Shown: positions 27,081-36,215, counted from the first letter of the stretch. The stretch is DNA of 64,000 bases from Betaproteobacteria bacterium RIFCSPLOWO2_02_FULL_63_19 (GCA_001770415.1 MEQX01000024.1:10983-74982), one strand, 5' to 3'. A program made the numbers and translations. The notes: generated by a model from the letters alone, not told the origin.

Positions 27081-29942
27081 CTAGGACTTCGCCGCCCGCA
27101 GCGCGGTTCGTATCCTTTCCGGCGTGATGGGCAACTCCTTGACCCAGACACCGGTGGCGTTGGCGATCGCATGCGCGACGGCGCCGAGCACCGGCAGCGT
27201 GGTCCCTTCGCCGATTTCCTTTGCGCCGTACGGCCCCTCGGGTTCGTAGGATTCGACGAGTCCGCTGAAGATATCCGGCGCATCCTTGATGGTCATCACC
27301 AGGTAGCCGTGAAGGTTCGGATTCATCATGCGGCCTTTTTCATCGAACAGGATTTCCTCCATGATCGTTTCGCCGGCCCCCATGACGATGGCGCCTTCCA
27401 CTTGGCCGCGGGCCATCATGGGATTGATCGGCACGCCGCAATCATGGTAATCGGTGAATTGTTCGATCTTGACCTTGCCGGTCTCGAGATCCACCGACGC
27501 CTCGCAGACCGAACTGCCGAACGAATAGGCGGGGCTGGTGCCGACGGTGGCACCCTTGTAGTCGCCGCCCAGCCCGTCGCGCGGTTTGTACCAGCCTGTT
27601 CCCACCAGGGGACCGTTGTCATTGAAGTACTTCCGCGCCACTTCTTCCCACGGCACGCTGCGGCCGTTCGCGGCGTACATCCTGGCATCCCGCGCCACCA
27701 CCTCGGACGGATCGCACTCCAGCATGGCTGCCGCAATGGGCTTCATGCGCTCCACGACAGCTTGCCCGGCGCGCGATACGGCGTGTCCTCCCATCAGCGT
27801 CACGCGCGAGGAATAGGCGCCGAGATCGATCGGGGAGATGTCGCTGTCCTCGGCCCGCACGCGCATCCGCGACACCGGTATGCCGAGTGCTTCGGCGCAC
27901 ATCTGCGCCATGACCGTCTCCGCGCCCTGCCCGATTTCCGCCACCCCTATCATCAGGATCGCCGCCATGCCGTCCTCGGTGACGCGCACGATGGCATTGG
28001 CGTGCGGAAAGATCGACTTTTTCTGAAAATGTTCCGGCCCTTTTTCATGCGACATCTGCACCTGGCCCCGATAGATGGCGTAGCCGGCGCCCGAGACGAA
28101 ACCGCCGCAACCGATCCCGATGCCTTGCCCCTTGGGCAGTTTGCCGTACTTTTCCTTCCATCCGGACTTCTTCTGTACGGCATCGAGCGTGGCCCGGAAT
28201 TCGCAACTCTGGATGTCGAGATCGTTGACGGTCCGCGTGTTCGGGTCCATGGAATTGCGTCTGCGGATCTCGATCGGATCGATCCCCATCTCATCCGCCA
28301 TCATGGTGAGGAGACACTCGAAGGCAAAGCGCGGCTGCGGCACGCCGTGGCCCCGGAATGCGCCGCAGGCGGGTTTGTTGGTCACGACCCGAATTCCCTT
28401 GTACTTGAAATTTGGAATGTGATAGAGCGTCGGCATCATGTTGCCGGCGTAATACGTCGTGGCCACGCCGAACGAGGCGTAAGCGCCGCCGTCGAGATGG
28501 ATCTCGCTTTCGAATGCCTTGATCTTGCCGTTGCGATCGAGGCCCAGTTTGTACTTCATGTACTGCTTGTGGCGCCCGCGACCGAACAGCATCATCTCTT
28601 CGCGCGAGTAGACCATCTTGACGGGACGGCCCGTGATCTTGCTGAGGATCGGCGCGCAAAGCTCCAGCGGTGAGGTGCCCGCCTTCGCTCCGAATCCGCC
28701 GCCGACGGTGGGGCGGATGACACGAATCCTGCCCAGCGGCAGGTGGAATACGTGAGCCAACATGTACTGGACATAATGCGGCGCCTGTGTCGAAGTGTAG
28801 AGCACCAACGTTCCGTCGCTCTCCCAGGTCGCAATGGACGCGTGCGGCTCCATCGGCTGCTGATGCGTGAGGTTGCCGACGAAGGTCTCTTCCTTCACGA
28901 AATCCGACTCGGCAAAGCCCTTTTCCACGTCGCCGTGCGCCTGATCGACGAAGGTGTTGATGTTGCCCCGATAGCGCTCGTGAATCAGTGGCGCATCTTT
29001 GGCGATCGCTTCGAAAGGATCGAGGATCGGCGGCAGTTCCATGTATTCCACTTCGATCAGCGAAAGCGCTTTTTCGGCTGTCTTCTCGTCGATCGCGGCA
29101 ACCGCGGCCACGCGGTCACCGACGTGGAGCACTTTCTTCTTGGACAGTACGTGTTCGTCGTAGCGGGCCGGTGAAACGCCGAAGCACTCATCCGGCACGT
29201 CCTCGCCGGTGATGACGGCGAGCACGCCGGGCAAGGCCATGGCTTTGCTGGTGTCGATGCGCTTGATGATGCCGTGGGCGATCGGCGAGCCGAGGATTTT
29301 GCCATGGGCCATGCGCGGCAGCGAAATGTCACCGGTGTAAAGCGCTCGTCCCATCGCCTTGTCCGCAGCATCCAGGCGCGGAATCGAGGCGCCGACACTC
29401 GCATAGCGTTCGTCTCCGACATAGCTGCCGTCGTCGGTTGCGGGAACCTCGCCCGATTTCTCGGCGCAGGTGCCGTCGCCCCGATAGTTCCCGCATCGCC
29501 GCACGGCACGCATAATTCCGAAGTAGCCCGTGCAGCGGCACAGATTGCCGGCCAAACCGTCCTTGATTTCCTCGATGCTCGGCTCCGGGTTCTTGTTCAG
29601 CAGCGCGATCGAGGACATGATCATCCCCGGCGTGCAATAGCCGCACTGGATGCCGCCCTCATTGACGAACGCCTTCTGGATCGGGGCAAGCTCGCCATCC
29701 TTCGCCACCCCTTCGATGGTCGAAATCTGTTTGTCCTCGGCTTCGCTGGCGAGCATCAGGCAGCTGTTGATCGGCGTGCCGTCGACCAGCACCGTGCAGG
29801 CACCGCAATCGCCCAGGTTGCAGCCCTTCTTGGTGCCGGTGAGGCCGAGCGTATCGCGCAGGACGTCGAGGAGCGTTTCTCCACCTTGCAGCGCGACTGG
29901 ATACGGCCGGCCGTTAATTTTCAGCGTGCGTGTGTTCGCCAT
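27081..29942 (-). CDS. Xanthine-oxidase-family molybdoenzyme: [2Fe-2S] subunit fused to 4-hydroxybenzoyl-CoA-reductase-alpha (HcrA)-like Mo subunit
   Basis: Start MANTRTLKING (TGATG overlap); GCNLGDCGACTV, QCGYCTPG, NLCRCTGY; then GGGFGAK, FRGHGVPQ, KLPKGQGIG, FVSG, GAYSSRVT, GAKEIGEG. Confidence 0.85.
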   Translation of the reverse strand: MANTRTLKINGRPYPVALQGGETLLDVLRDTLGLTGTKKGCNLGDCGACTVLVDGTPINSCLMLASEAEDKQISTIEGVAKDGELAPIQKAFVNEGGIQCGYCTPGMIMSSIALLNKNPEPSIEEIKDGLAGNLCRCTGYFGIMRAVRRCGNYRGDGTCAEKSGEVPATDDGSYVGDERYASVGASIPRLDAADKAMGRALYTGDISLPRMAHGKILGSPIAHGIIKRIDTSKAMALPGVLAVITGEDVPDECFGVSPARYDEHVLSKKKVLHVGDRVAAVAAIDEKTAEKALSLIEVEYMELPPILDPFEAIAKDAPLIHERYRGNINTFVDQAHGDVEKGFAESDFVKEETFVGNLTHQQPMEPHASIATWESDGTLVLYTSTQAPHYVQYMLAHVFHLPLGRIRVIRPTVGGGFGAKAGTSPLELCAPILSKITGRPVKMVYSREEMMLFGRGRHKQYMKYKLGLDRNGKIKAFESEIHLDGGAYASFGVATTYYAGNMMPTLYHIPNFKYKGIRVVTNKPACGAFRGHGVPQPRFAFECLLTMMADEMGIDPIEIRRRNSMDPNTRTVNDLDIQSCEFRATLDAVQKKSGWKEKYGKLPKGQGIGIGCGGFVSGAGYAIYRGQVQMSHEKGPEHFQKKSIFPHANAIVRVTEDGMAAILMIGVAEIGQGAETVMAQMCAEALGIPVSRMRVRAEDSDISPIDLGAYSSRVTLMGGHAVSRAGQAVVERMKPIAAAMLECDPSEVVARDARMYAANGRSVPWEEVARKYFNDNGPLVGTGWYKPRDGLGGDYKGATVGTSPAYSFGSSVCEASVDLETGKVKIEQFTDYHDCGVPINPMMARGQVEGAIVMGAGETIMEEILFDEKGRMMNPNLHGYLVMTIKDAPDIFSGLVESYEPEGPYGAKEIGEGTTLPVLGAVAHAIANATGVWVKELPITPERIRTALRAAKS

Positions 29943-30820
29943 CACTTTTCTCCTGTTGCGCGCGCTTGAGCGGTCAGTAGGGCACGCCGGGTCAAGGTTC
30001 CGACGAGTTCTCGCCTGTACTCGGCCGATCCGCGCAGGTCCGAGATCGGCAGCGCTGCCGCTATGGCAGCTTGCGCCGCGCGGTCGAGACCGTTCTTGTC
30101 CAGGACCTTGCCTGCCAGCGCGGTGTGCGCGTCGGGTACAAGCGTCGGCTTGCCGGCAACTGCGGAAAGACACACGCGCGCCTGCGCGACGCTGCCGTCC
30201 GCCTTCAATTGCAGGCTCGCGGCCACCGCCGCCACGGCGACGGAATTCGCTTCGCGCAGACCGAATCGCGCATAGCCTGCGCCAAACCTCGCCGGGGAAT
30301 GGGGAACCAGCACTTCGGTCAGGACCTCATCGTCGCGTAGTACCGTTTCCCGCGGGCCGACAAAGAAGGCTTCGATCGGCATGTTGCGCACTCCCGATGG
30401 CGACCACAGGTTCAGCGTGGCGTTACTGACCGCCAGCACCGGCGGCAGGTCGGCACACGGCACGGCACCGACGATGTTCCCGCCAACGGTTCCCAGATTT
30501 CGAACCTGCGGACTCGCCATTTCCCGGGCGGCGTCGCGGACGACCGGACATTTCTCGCGGATGACGTCGGACGTCGCCACCTCATTGAGTGTGGCGAGCG
30601 CTCCGATTCTCACGCGGTCATCGACGGACGCAATCCCCCGCAATGCCGCGATCCTGTTGAGGGAAATCACGTGACCGGCTCCGTACCGGTCGGTCTTGAG
30701 GTCAACGATCAGGGAAGTTCCCCCGGCCAGAAAGCGCGCCTGTTTTCCCCATCGAGCGATCATCTCCGCCGCTTGTTCAAGCGTGGAGGCGTCGTGAAAC
30801 TCAGCTTCGGACAAGATCAC
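29942..30820 (-). CDS. FAD-binding medium subunit (CoxM/CutM-type) of a xanthine-oxidase-family enzyme
   Basis: LAGGTSL, ASPQVRNLGTVGGNI, DLRGSAEYRR; no Cys-rich insertion. Confidence 0.88.
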   Translation of the reverse strand: MILSEAEFHDASTLEQAAEMIARWGKQARFLAGGTSLIVDLKTDRYGAGHVISLNRIAALRGIASVDDRVRIGALATLNEVATSDVIREKCPVVRDAAREMASPQVRNLGTVGGNIVGAVPCADLPPVLAVSNATLNLWSPSGVRNMPIEAFFVGPRETVLRDDEVLTEVLVPHSPARFGAGYARFGLREANSVAVAAVAASLQLKADGSVAQARVCLSAVAGKPTLVPDAHTALAGKVLDKNGLDRAAQAAIAAALPISDLRGSAEYRRELVGTLTRRALLTAQARATGEK

Positions 30821-31062
30821 GGCCTTCCTCCTACAGTATCCAAGAAAGACAGCGCCGCACCGTTCAGCTCAGCTCGGGCGTGCTGCGCAACAGTTCCCTG
30901 CGCCGCCTGCAGGCGAACGCAGCGTCACAGGCTGACACGAGAGAAATGCCGTCGAATTGACCTGCATCAAGCCGAGTCGGGGCGCTCCGACCGGCCGAGC
31001 GCTCGACGGTACACGGTACACTTACCCGCCGCACAACGTCTTCCAACGCACTCCAACCAGCG

Positions 31063-31998
31063 ATGTCCGATACACTCGCCGCCCTGCTCCCGGTCTTCCT
31101 GCTGATTGTCACCGGCTTCGTGCTGCGCCGCAGCCTGCTGTCGGAGGAGTCGCACTGGACCGGCATCGGGCAGCTCGTGTATTTCGTGATGCTTCCGGCG
31201 CTGTTGATCGACACGCTGGCGCGCGCGGATTTCGCACGCCTGCCGGTCGGCAGCATCGGCGGTGCCCTTCTCGCGGCGATTGCGGCGATGGCAGCGATCT
31301 GCCTCGCGCTGCGACGGCCGCTCGCCAGTCGGCTCCAGATCGACGGCGCGGCGTTTACGTCGCTGTTTCAGGGTGCAACGCGCTGGAATGCCTTTGTCGC
31401 ACTGGCGATCGCGGCGGGCCTGTTCGGCAACCACGGCGTCGCCCTCGTGTCGGTTGCGATGCTGGCGATGATCCCGGTGCTCAACGTGCTCAACGTGCTC
31501 AACGTCTGGGTGCTGGCGCGCTACGCCGCCGCAAAGCGGCCCGACTGGCGCACCGTGGTCGTCGCGTTGATCCGCAACCCGCTCATCTGGTCGTGCGCAG
31601 CGGGCATTGCACTGAACCGGATCGAGATCGCAATCCCGCCGCCCGTGCATGTCTTCGCCGAAGCGCTGGGGCGTTCATCGCTCGCGCTGGCGCTGTTGAT
31701 GGTCGGCGCGGGGCTGCGTCTCACGAGTCTGCTGCAGCCTTCGCCGGCCGCGCTGCTCGCGAGCGTGCTCAAGCTCGTCGTGCTGCCGGCGCTGGCGATC
31801 GGCGCAGGGCACCTGATGGGATTGAACGCAGCCGGCCTCGGCGTAGTCGCGATCACGTCGTCCGTGCCGACAGCTCCCGTGGCCTACGTGCTGGCGCGGC
31901 AGATGGGCGGCGATGCCGAGCTGCTGGCGCAGATATTGACGATGCAAACCGTGCTCGCCGCGCTGACCATACCGATCATGATTTCGCTTGCCCTATGA
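31063..31998 (+). CDS. AEC (auxin efflux carrier / malonate-malate permease) family transporter
   Basis: 10 TM; LVYFVMLPALL, RWNAFVALA, NPLIWSCAAG, AYVLARQMGGDAEL. Confidence 0.88.
   Translation: MSDTLAALLPVFLLIVTGFVLRRSLLSEESHWTGIGQLVYFVMLPALLIDTLARADFARLPVGSIGGALLAAIAAMAAICLALRRPLASRLQIDGAAFTSLFQGATRWNAFVALAIAAGLFGNHGVALVSVAMLAMIPVLNVLNVLNVWVLARYAAAKRPDWRTVVVALIRNPLIWSCAAGIALNRIEIAIPPPVHVFAEALGRSSLALALLMVGAGLRLTSLLQPSPAALLASVLKLVVLPALAIGAGHLMGLNAAGLGVVAITSSVPTAPVAYVLARQMGGDAELLAQILTMQTVLAALTIPIMISLAL
31477..31503 (+). repeat. 9-bp tandem repeat x3 (GTGCTCAAC) inside the AEC gene
   Basis: Encodes VLN-VLN-VLN. Confidence 0.9.
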
Positions 31999-32081
31999 AC
32001 GCTGTCGAGCAGAACAGCAGGGCGTCGCCGGCGTCGTTCTCGGTCGCGCCGAATGTCCGCGGAGGGCTTCGCTACGGGCCG

Positions 32082-32114
32082 AAAAAGTAAGGGCCCAGCC
32101 TAAGCTGAACCCTT
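32082..32114 (-). terminator. Rho-independent terminator after tRNA-Lys
   Basis: Minus strand AAGGGTTCAGC-TTAG-GCTGGGCCCTT then ACTTTTT. Confidence 0.8.
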
Positions 32115-32121
32115 GATTTTT

Positions 32122-32197
32122 TGGTAGGCCGTGCAGGAGTCGAACCTGCGACCAACGGATTAAAAGTCCGCTGCTCTACCAACTGAGCTAACGACCC
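32122..32197 (-). tRNA. tRNA-Lys(UUU)
   Basis: GGGTCGTTAGCTCAGTTGGTAGAGCAGCGGACTTTTAATCCGTTGGTCGCAGGTTCGACTCCTGCACGGCCTACCA; 76 nt, encoded CCA; follows cpoB as in other proteobacteria. Confidence 0.97.
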
Positions 32198-32276
32198 GAA
32201 AGAGGTCGGATTTTACTGCGCACGGCGCGCCAGCGTCAACGAAACAACGACTTACCGCGCGGTCCGCGGCCCAGTC

Positions 32277-33047
32277 TTATCGCTTCTTCAATCGCTGCTT
32301 GGCTTCGGCGGCAGCGGGACTCTGAGGGTATTTCTGTATCAACGCGAGCAGCGTTTCGCGGGCCGGCTTTTGTTCGCCGAGTTCGGCCTGCGCGCTGGCG
32401 ATGTTCAGCATCGCATCGGGCGCCTTCACATTGTCGGGCCAGGCTTCGACCACCTTCTGCTGCGTGGCGATGGCAAGCCTGTAGTCCTTGGTCGCGTAGT
32501 ACGCATTGCCGATCCAGTATTGCGCCGCGGGCACGAGCAGGCTGTTCGGATAGTTTACGACGAAGGTCTGGAAGGCGGCGACGCTGGCCTGATAATTCCC
32601 GACCTTGAACTGGTTGAGCGCCGCCTCGTAGGCATCCTTTTCCTTCTGCGCCTCCCGCTCCGGCGTAATGATCTTTGCTTCGAACTGCTGCTCGAGCTTG
32701 CGCAAACGCTGGTCCAGATCAGCGTACAGTTCCTTTTGTCGCCGGTCCGTCGTTTCGGAGCGATGGACCAGCACTTCAATCTGTCCGCGCAGGCGCGTCA
32801 TGTCCTGCCGCAGCGCGTCGACCAGTTGCGCAAAATCCACCGCGCGGTCCTTGGCCGCCACGTCGAGCTGCGCGATGCGCTCGTCGAGCGATTTCTGGAT
32901 CGCCGCCTGACTGGCGGCCACCTCGGCCCGCAGCTGCGAGATCTGTTTGCGCGCTTCCTCGTCGTCGAACAGTCCTGCCTGCGCCCTGCTTGCGACGAGC
33001 GCAAAGAACAGGACCGCAAGCAGGCGTTGCAGACGGAAGGCCGGCAT
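32277..33047 (-). CDS. cpoB: Tol-Pal system protein CpoB/YbgF
   Basis: AGLFDDEEARK, coiled coil, TPR AQYWIGNAYY, KAPDAMLNIA, YPQSPAA. Confidence 0.92.
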   Translation of the reverse strand: MPAFRLQRLLAVLFFALVASRAQAGLFDDEEARKQISQLRAEVAASQAAIQKSLDERIAQLDVAAKDRAVDFAQLVDALRQDMTRLRGQIEVLVHRSETTDRRQKELYADLDQRLRKLEQQFEAKIITPEREAQKEKDAYEAALNQFKVGNYQASVAAFQTFVVNYPNSLLVPAAQYWIGNAYYATKDYRLAIATQQKVVEAWPDNVKAPDAMLNIASAQAELGEQKPARETLLALIQKYPQSPAAAEAKQRLKKR

Positions 33048-33051
33048 CGTT

Positions 33052-33597
33052 CTAGAACTCGCCGCTATGCAGCAGATCGACGCGACGGTTCTGCGCCCAG
33101 CACGTCTCGCTGTGTTCGGTGCAGCGCGGCTTCTCCTCGCCCAGACTCACGGCGTCGATCTGCGACTCGCGTGCGCCCATCAACGCAAGCGTGCGCTTCG
33201 TGGCCTCGGCACGGCGCTGGCCCAGCGCCAGGTTGTACTCCCGGCTGCCGCGCTCGTCGGCGTTGCCCTGAAGCAGCATCTTTGCGCCGGCGTGCTGTTC
33301 GAGATACCGGGCGTGCGCCTGAAGCAGCGGTCGGAACTCGTCGCGGATACGGTCGCTGTCGTATTCAAAGAATATGGAGCGCTTGGAGAGGATGTTTTTA
33401 GGGTCCTTGAGCGGATTGACATCGATCTGCGTCGGCCGCACCGGTTGCGCGCTCCCCGATGGCTGCGCCGGCCGCGTCGACGGCACTGAGGCAGGCGCGC
33501 GATCTTCGACCCCGGGCTTGGTCTCATCGCGGGTCGGCTCGCTGCCGCAACCGTACAGCACTGCCAATCCCAACGCGGCGAATACTGCTTTTCTCAT
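33052..33597 (-). CDS. pal: Peptidoglycan-associated lipoprotein
   Basis: Lipobox LYGC; QGNADERGSREYNLALGQRRA; SLGEEKP; NRR. Confidence 0.95.
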   Translation of the reverse strand: MRKAVFAALGLAVLYGCGSEPTRDETKPGVEDRAPASVPSTRPAQPSGSAQPVRPTQIDVNPLKDPKNILSKRSIFFEYDSDRIRDEFRPLLQAHARYLEQHAGAKMLLQGNADERGSREYNLALGQRRAEATKRTLALMGARESQIDAVSLGEEKPRCTEHSETCWAQNRRVDLLHSGEF

Positions 33598-33613
33598 GGC
33601 TCTCCCCCCTTTG

Positions 33614-34894
33614 CTAATTTCCAAGAAATGGCCCCCACGCCGGTTCGCGCACATCGGCGGCCTGGACCGACAGGCGCTGCTTCACACGTCCGTCCGAGGA
33701 TACGGCGGCCAGCACGCCGCGGCCCCCGACCTCCGTGGCATACAGAATCATCGTGCCGTTGGGTGCAAAGCTCGGTGATTCATCGCGCTGAGTATCGGTA
33801 AGAATCTGCACCTGCCCGCTTCCCAAGTCCATGACCGCGAGTTGAAAGCGGCCGTCCCGACGCGAAACGAAAGCCATCGTCTTTCCGTCCGGACTGAGCC
33901 GGGGCGACACATTGTACTCGCCGTCGAACGTGACGCGCGTGGCATCTCCGCCGTCAGCGCCCATGCGGTAGATCTGCGGGCTGCCACCGCGATCGGAGGT
34001 GAAATAGATGAATCTGCCATCGGCCGAGAATACCGGTTCGGTATCGATGGTCGCCGATCGCGTGATGCGGCGCACATTGCTGCCATCAGGATTGACGAGA
34101 TAGAGCTGGGACCCGCCCTCCTTGGAAAGCACCGCCGCCAGTTGCTTGCCATCGGGGGACCATGCGGGCCCGCTGTTTGACCCCCTGAAGTTGGCCACGA
34201 CGTGGCGCTGCCCGGTGGTCAGCGAATGCACATAGACGACCGGCTTCTTTCTCTCGAAGGAAACGTACGCGAGGCGCGTCCCATCGGGCGACCAAGAGGG
34301 GGAAATGATAGGTTCGCGCGATGCGAGCGCCACCTGTGCACCTTGTCCGTCCGCATCGGCGATGCGCAGCTCGAAGCGTCCGTTCTGTTTCACCACGTAA
34401 GCGATGCGCGTCGAAAACACGCCGCGTTCTCCGGTCAGCTTCTCGTAGATTATGTCCGCGATGTGGTGTGCCGTGGCGCGAACCTGTGCCGACGAAAGGG
34501 TAAAGGCCACACCGGCGATCTGCGTCTGCTTGGGTACGTCGAGCAGCCGAAACCGCACTTCGTAGCGCCCACGGGACAGCTGCTGCGCGCCGCCGATGAC
34601 GATCGCGTCGGCGTTACGGGTCTTCCATTCGCTGAAATTGACCTGCGTGGGATCTGTGGGCAGAGGATTGACGCCGCCCGCGTATTGCATGCGGAACCTG
34701 CCGCTCCTGAGCAGATCAGCCTCGATAATGTCCGTGATGCGGGTGGGCAGCACCGATTCCCCCGCGAACTGCAGTACCGCAACGGGAATCTGGTTGCTCC
34801 CACCTCCGGTGATCTCGATGGTGAGCTGACCTTGAGCTGCGCCGGCGATGCAGCACAGGCAGACAGCGAGCAGATGCTGGATGGCTCGTTTCAT
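33614..34894 (-). CDS. tolB: Tol-Pal beta-propeller protein TolB
   Basis: FSTRIAYV, ADADG, SPSWSPDG repeats, FTSDRGGSPQIY. Confidence 0.95.
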   Translation of the reverse strand: MKRAIQHLLAVCLCCIAGAAQGQLTIEITGGGSNQIPVAVLQFAGESVLPTRITDIIEADLLRSGRFRMQYAGGVNPLPTDPTQVNFSEWKTRNADAIVIGGAQQLSRGRYEVRFRLLDVPKQTQIAGVAFTLSSAQVRATAHHIADIIYEKLTGERGVFSTRIAYVVKQNGRFELRIADADGQGAQVALASREPIISPSWSPDGTRLAYVSFERKKPVVYVHSLTTGQRHVVANFRGSNSGPAWSPDGKQLAAVLSKEGGSQLYLVNPDGSNVRRITRSATIDTEPVFSADGRFIYFTSDRGGSPQIYRMGADGGDATRVTFDGEYNVSPRLSPDGKTMAFVSRRDGRFQLAVMDLGSGQVQILTDTQRDESPSFAPNGTMILYATEVGGRGVLAAVSSDGRVKQRLSVQAADVREPAWGPFLGN

Positions 34895-34929
34895 GCGAAC
34901 GGGGAGTATACAACCTCCTGCGCGACGGT

Positions 34930-35781
34930 TCATTCGTTGGGGCGGAACTTCAGCTGCAGTTCGCGCGCAAACTGTTCCGGGCGGTCGGGCAACGGTAGCG
35001 GCGAGGATTTCAGGATGGCGCGCTCCACGGCTTCGTCATAGGCCCGGTATCCGCTCGACTTGCGCAACTGCACCGAATAGACGTCACCTGTGATCAATTG
35101 CACAACGTCGAAGATCGCCTCCGGATTTCCAGTGATGCCTGCCGGCAGAACGACATTGCTCCTGACCTTGGTCTTGATCTTATTGACATAGCTGTTGTCG
35201 GCAATCGGACCTCCCGAAGGCGGCTGCACCGGCCTGCTCACCGGCGCCGCCTTTTGCAGGTCCCTTTCGGCCTCCTTGAGAATCGCCTGCGAACGGTCGA
35301 ATTTCATGATCCGCGGCTCGACCTTCTTCGGCTCGACCTTCTTCGGCACGACCTTCTTCGGCGCGACCTTCTTGGGCGGTGGCTTTACTGGCTCCACCTC
35401 CTTCGGCTCCACTTTCTTCGGCGGTTGCTGCTTCTCCACCGCGATGTCCGGCTTGACCGGCTTCGGCTCGACCCTGGGTTCGGGCGGAGGCGGCAGCTCG
35501 ACCTTCGCTTCGACCTTCGGCTCGGGCTTGGGTTCGACCTTCGGCTCGGGCTTCGGCTCGGGTTTGGGTTCGACCCGCGGCGCGGGGGCCGGCGGCGGTT
35601 GTACCACGGTGGGCGGCCGCGTCCAAAGCTCGACGTATACGGCGTCGGGCAGTTTCGAATGCCAATGAATGCCGAAGAACAGCACCGCGAACAGCACCGC
35701 GTGCACCAGCACCGCCAGCACCGCTGCGGGCGCATTGACCGGTTCAGGATTCACGAATACCGAGGACATCGCGGTCGACAT
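34930..35781 (-). CDS. tolA: TolA (Pro/Lys/Glu-rich linker, TonB_C-like C-terminus)
   Basis: N-terminal TM with HAVL; KPEPK and KKVEP repeats; SSGYRAYDEAVERAI. Confidence 0.88.
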   Translation of the reverse strand: MSTAMSSVFVNPEPVNAPAAVLAVLVHAVLFAVLFFGIHWHSKLPDAVYVELWTRPPTVVQPPPAPAPRVEPKPEPKPEPKVEPKPEPKVEAKVELPPPPEPRVEPKPVKPDIAVEKQQPPKKVEPKEVEPVKPPPKKVAPKKVVPKKVEPKKVEPRIMKFDRSQAILKEAERDLQKAAPVSRPVQPPSGGPIADNSYVNKIKTKVRSNVVLPAGITGNPEAIFDVVQLITGDVYSVQLRKSSGYRAYDEAVERAILKSSPLPLPDRPEQFARELQLKFRPNE

Positions 35782-36215
35782 CAGCGCGACTCGGTCTTCA
35801 CCAGCAGGCCGACCCGGCGGATGTTCGCTTTTTGCAGCTCGTCCATCACCTTGAGCACGGCGTCATAACGCACGTTCTTGTCGCCGGCGATGACCACCGG
35901 CTGGTCGGGATTTTTCAACTGCCGTTCGCGCAGTGCGTCAACCAGCTGCGCCGTCGTCACCCGCCGCTCCTTGATATTCCCCGCTTTCGCCGTTCCCGGA
36001 GCATCCGTCTGCTCGCGCAGCAAGAGCGACGCATCGGCGCCAATGACAACCTCGAGCGGCGCCGCCGGCAGCTGAGCGGATTTGCCCAGGCTCGGCAGAT
36101 CGACCACGCCCGTCGTGATTAACGGCGCGGTGACCATGAAAATGACCAGCAACACCAGCATCACGTCGATGTACGGAACGACGTTGATCTGATTCATCAG
36201 GCGCTGTTTACGCAT
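35781..36215 (-). CDS. tolR: TolR
   Basis: INVVPYIDVMLVLLVIFMVTAP; IAGDKNVRY. Confidence 0.95.
   Translation of the reverse strand: MRKQRLMNQINVVPYIDVMLVLLVIFMVTAPLITTGVVDLPSLGKSAQLPAAPLEVVIGADASLLLREQTDAPGTAKAGNIKERRVTTAQLVDALRERQLKNPDQPVVIAGDKNVRYDAVLKVMDELQKANIRRVGLLVKTESR

Noticed and set aside
14601-32121. Integrase or transposase in the putative island
   Set aside because: No tyrosine/serine recombinase or DDE motifs seen in any ORF
35320-35575. Short tandem repeats resembling an array
   Set aside because: Coding repeats of the TolA linker (KKVEP, KPEPK); no CRISPR repeat-spacer periodicity anywhere in the window
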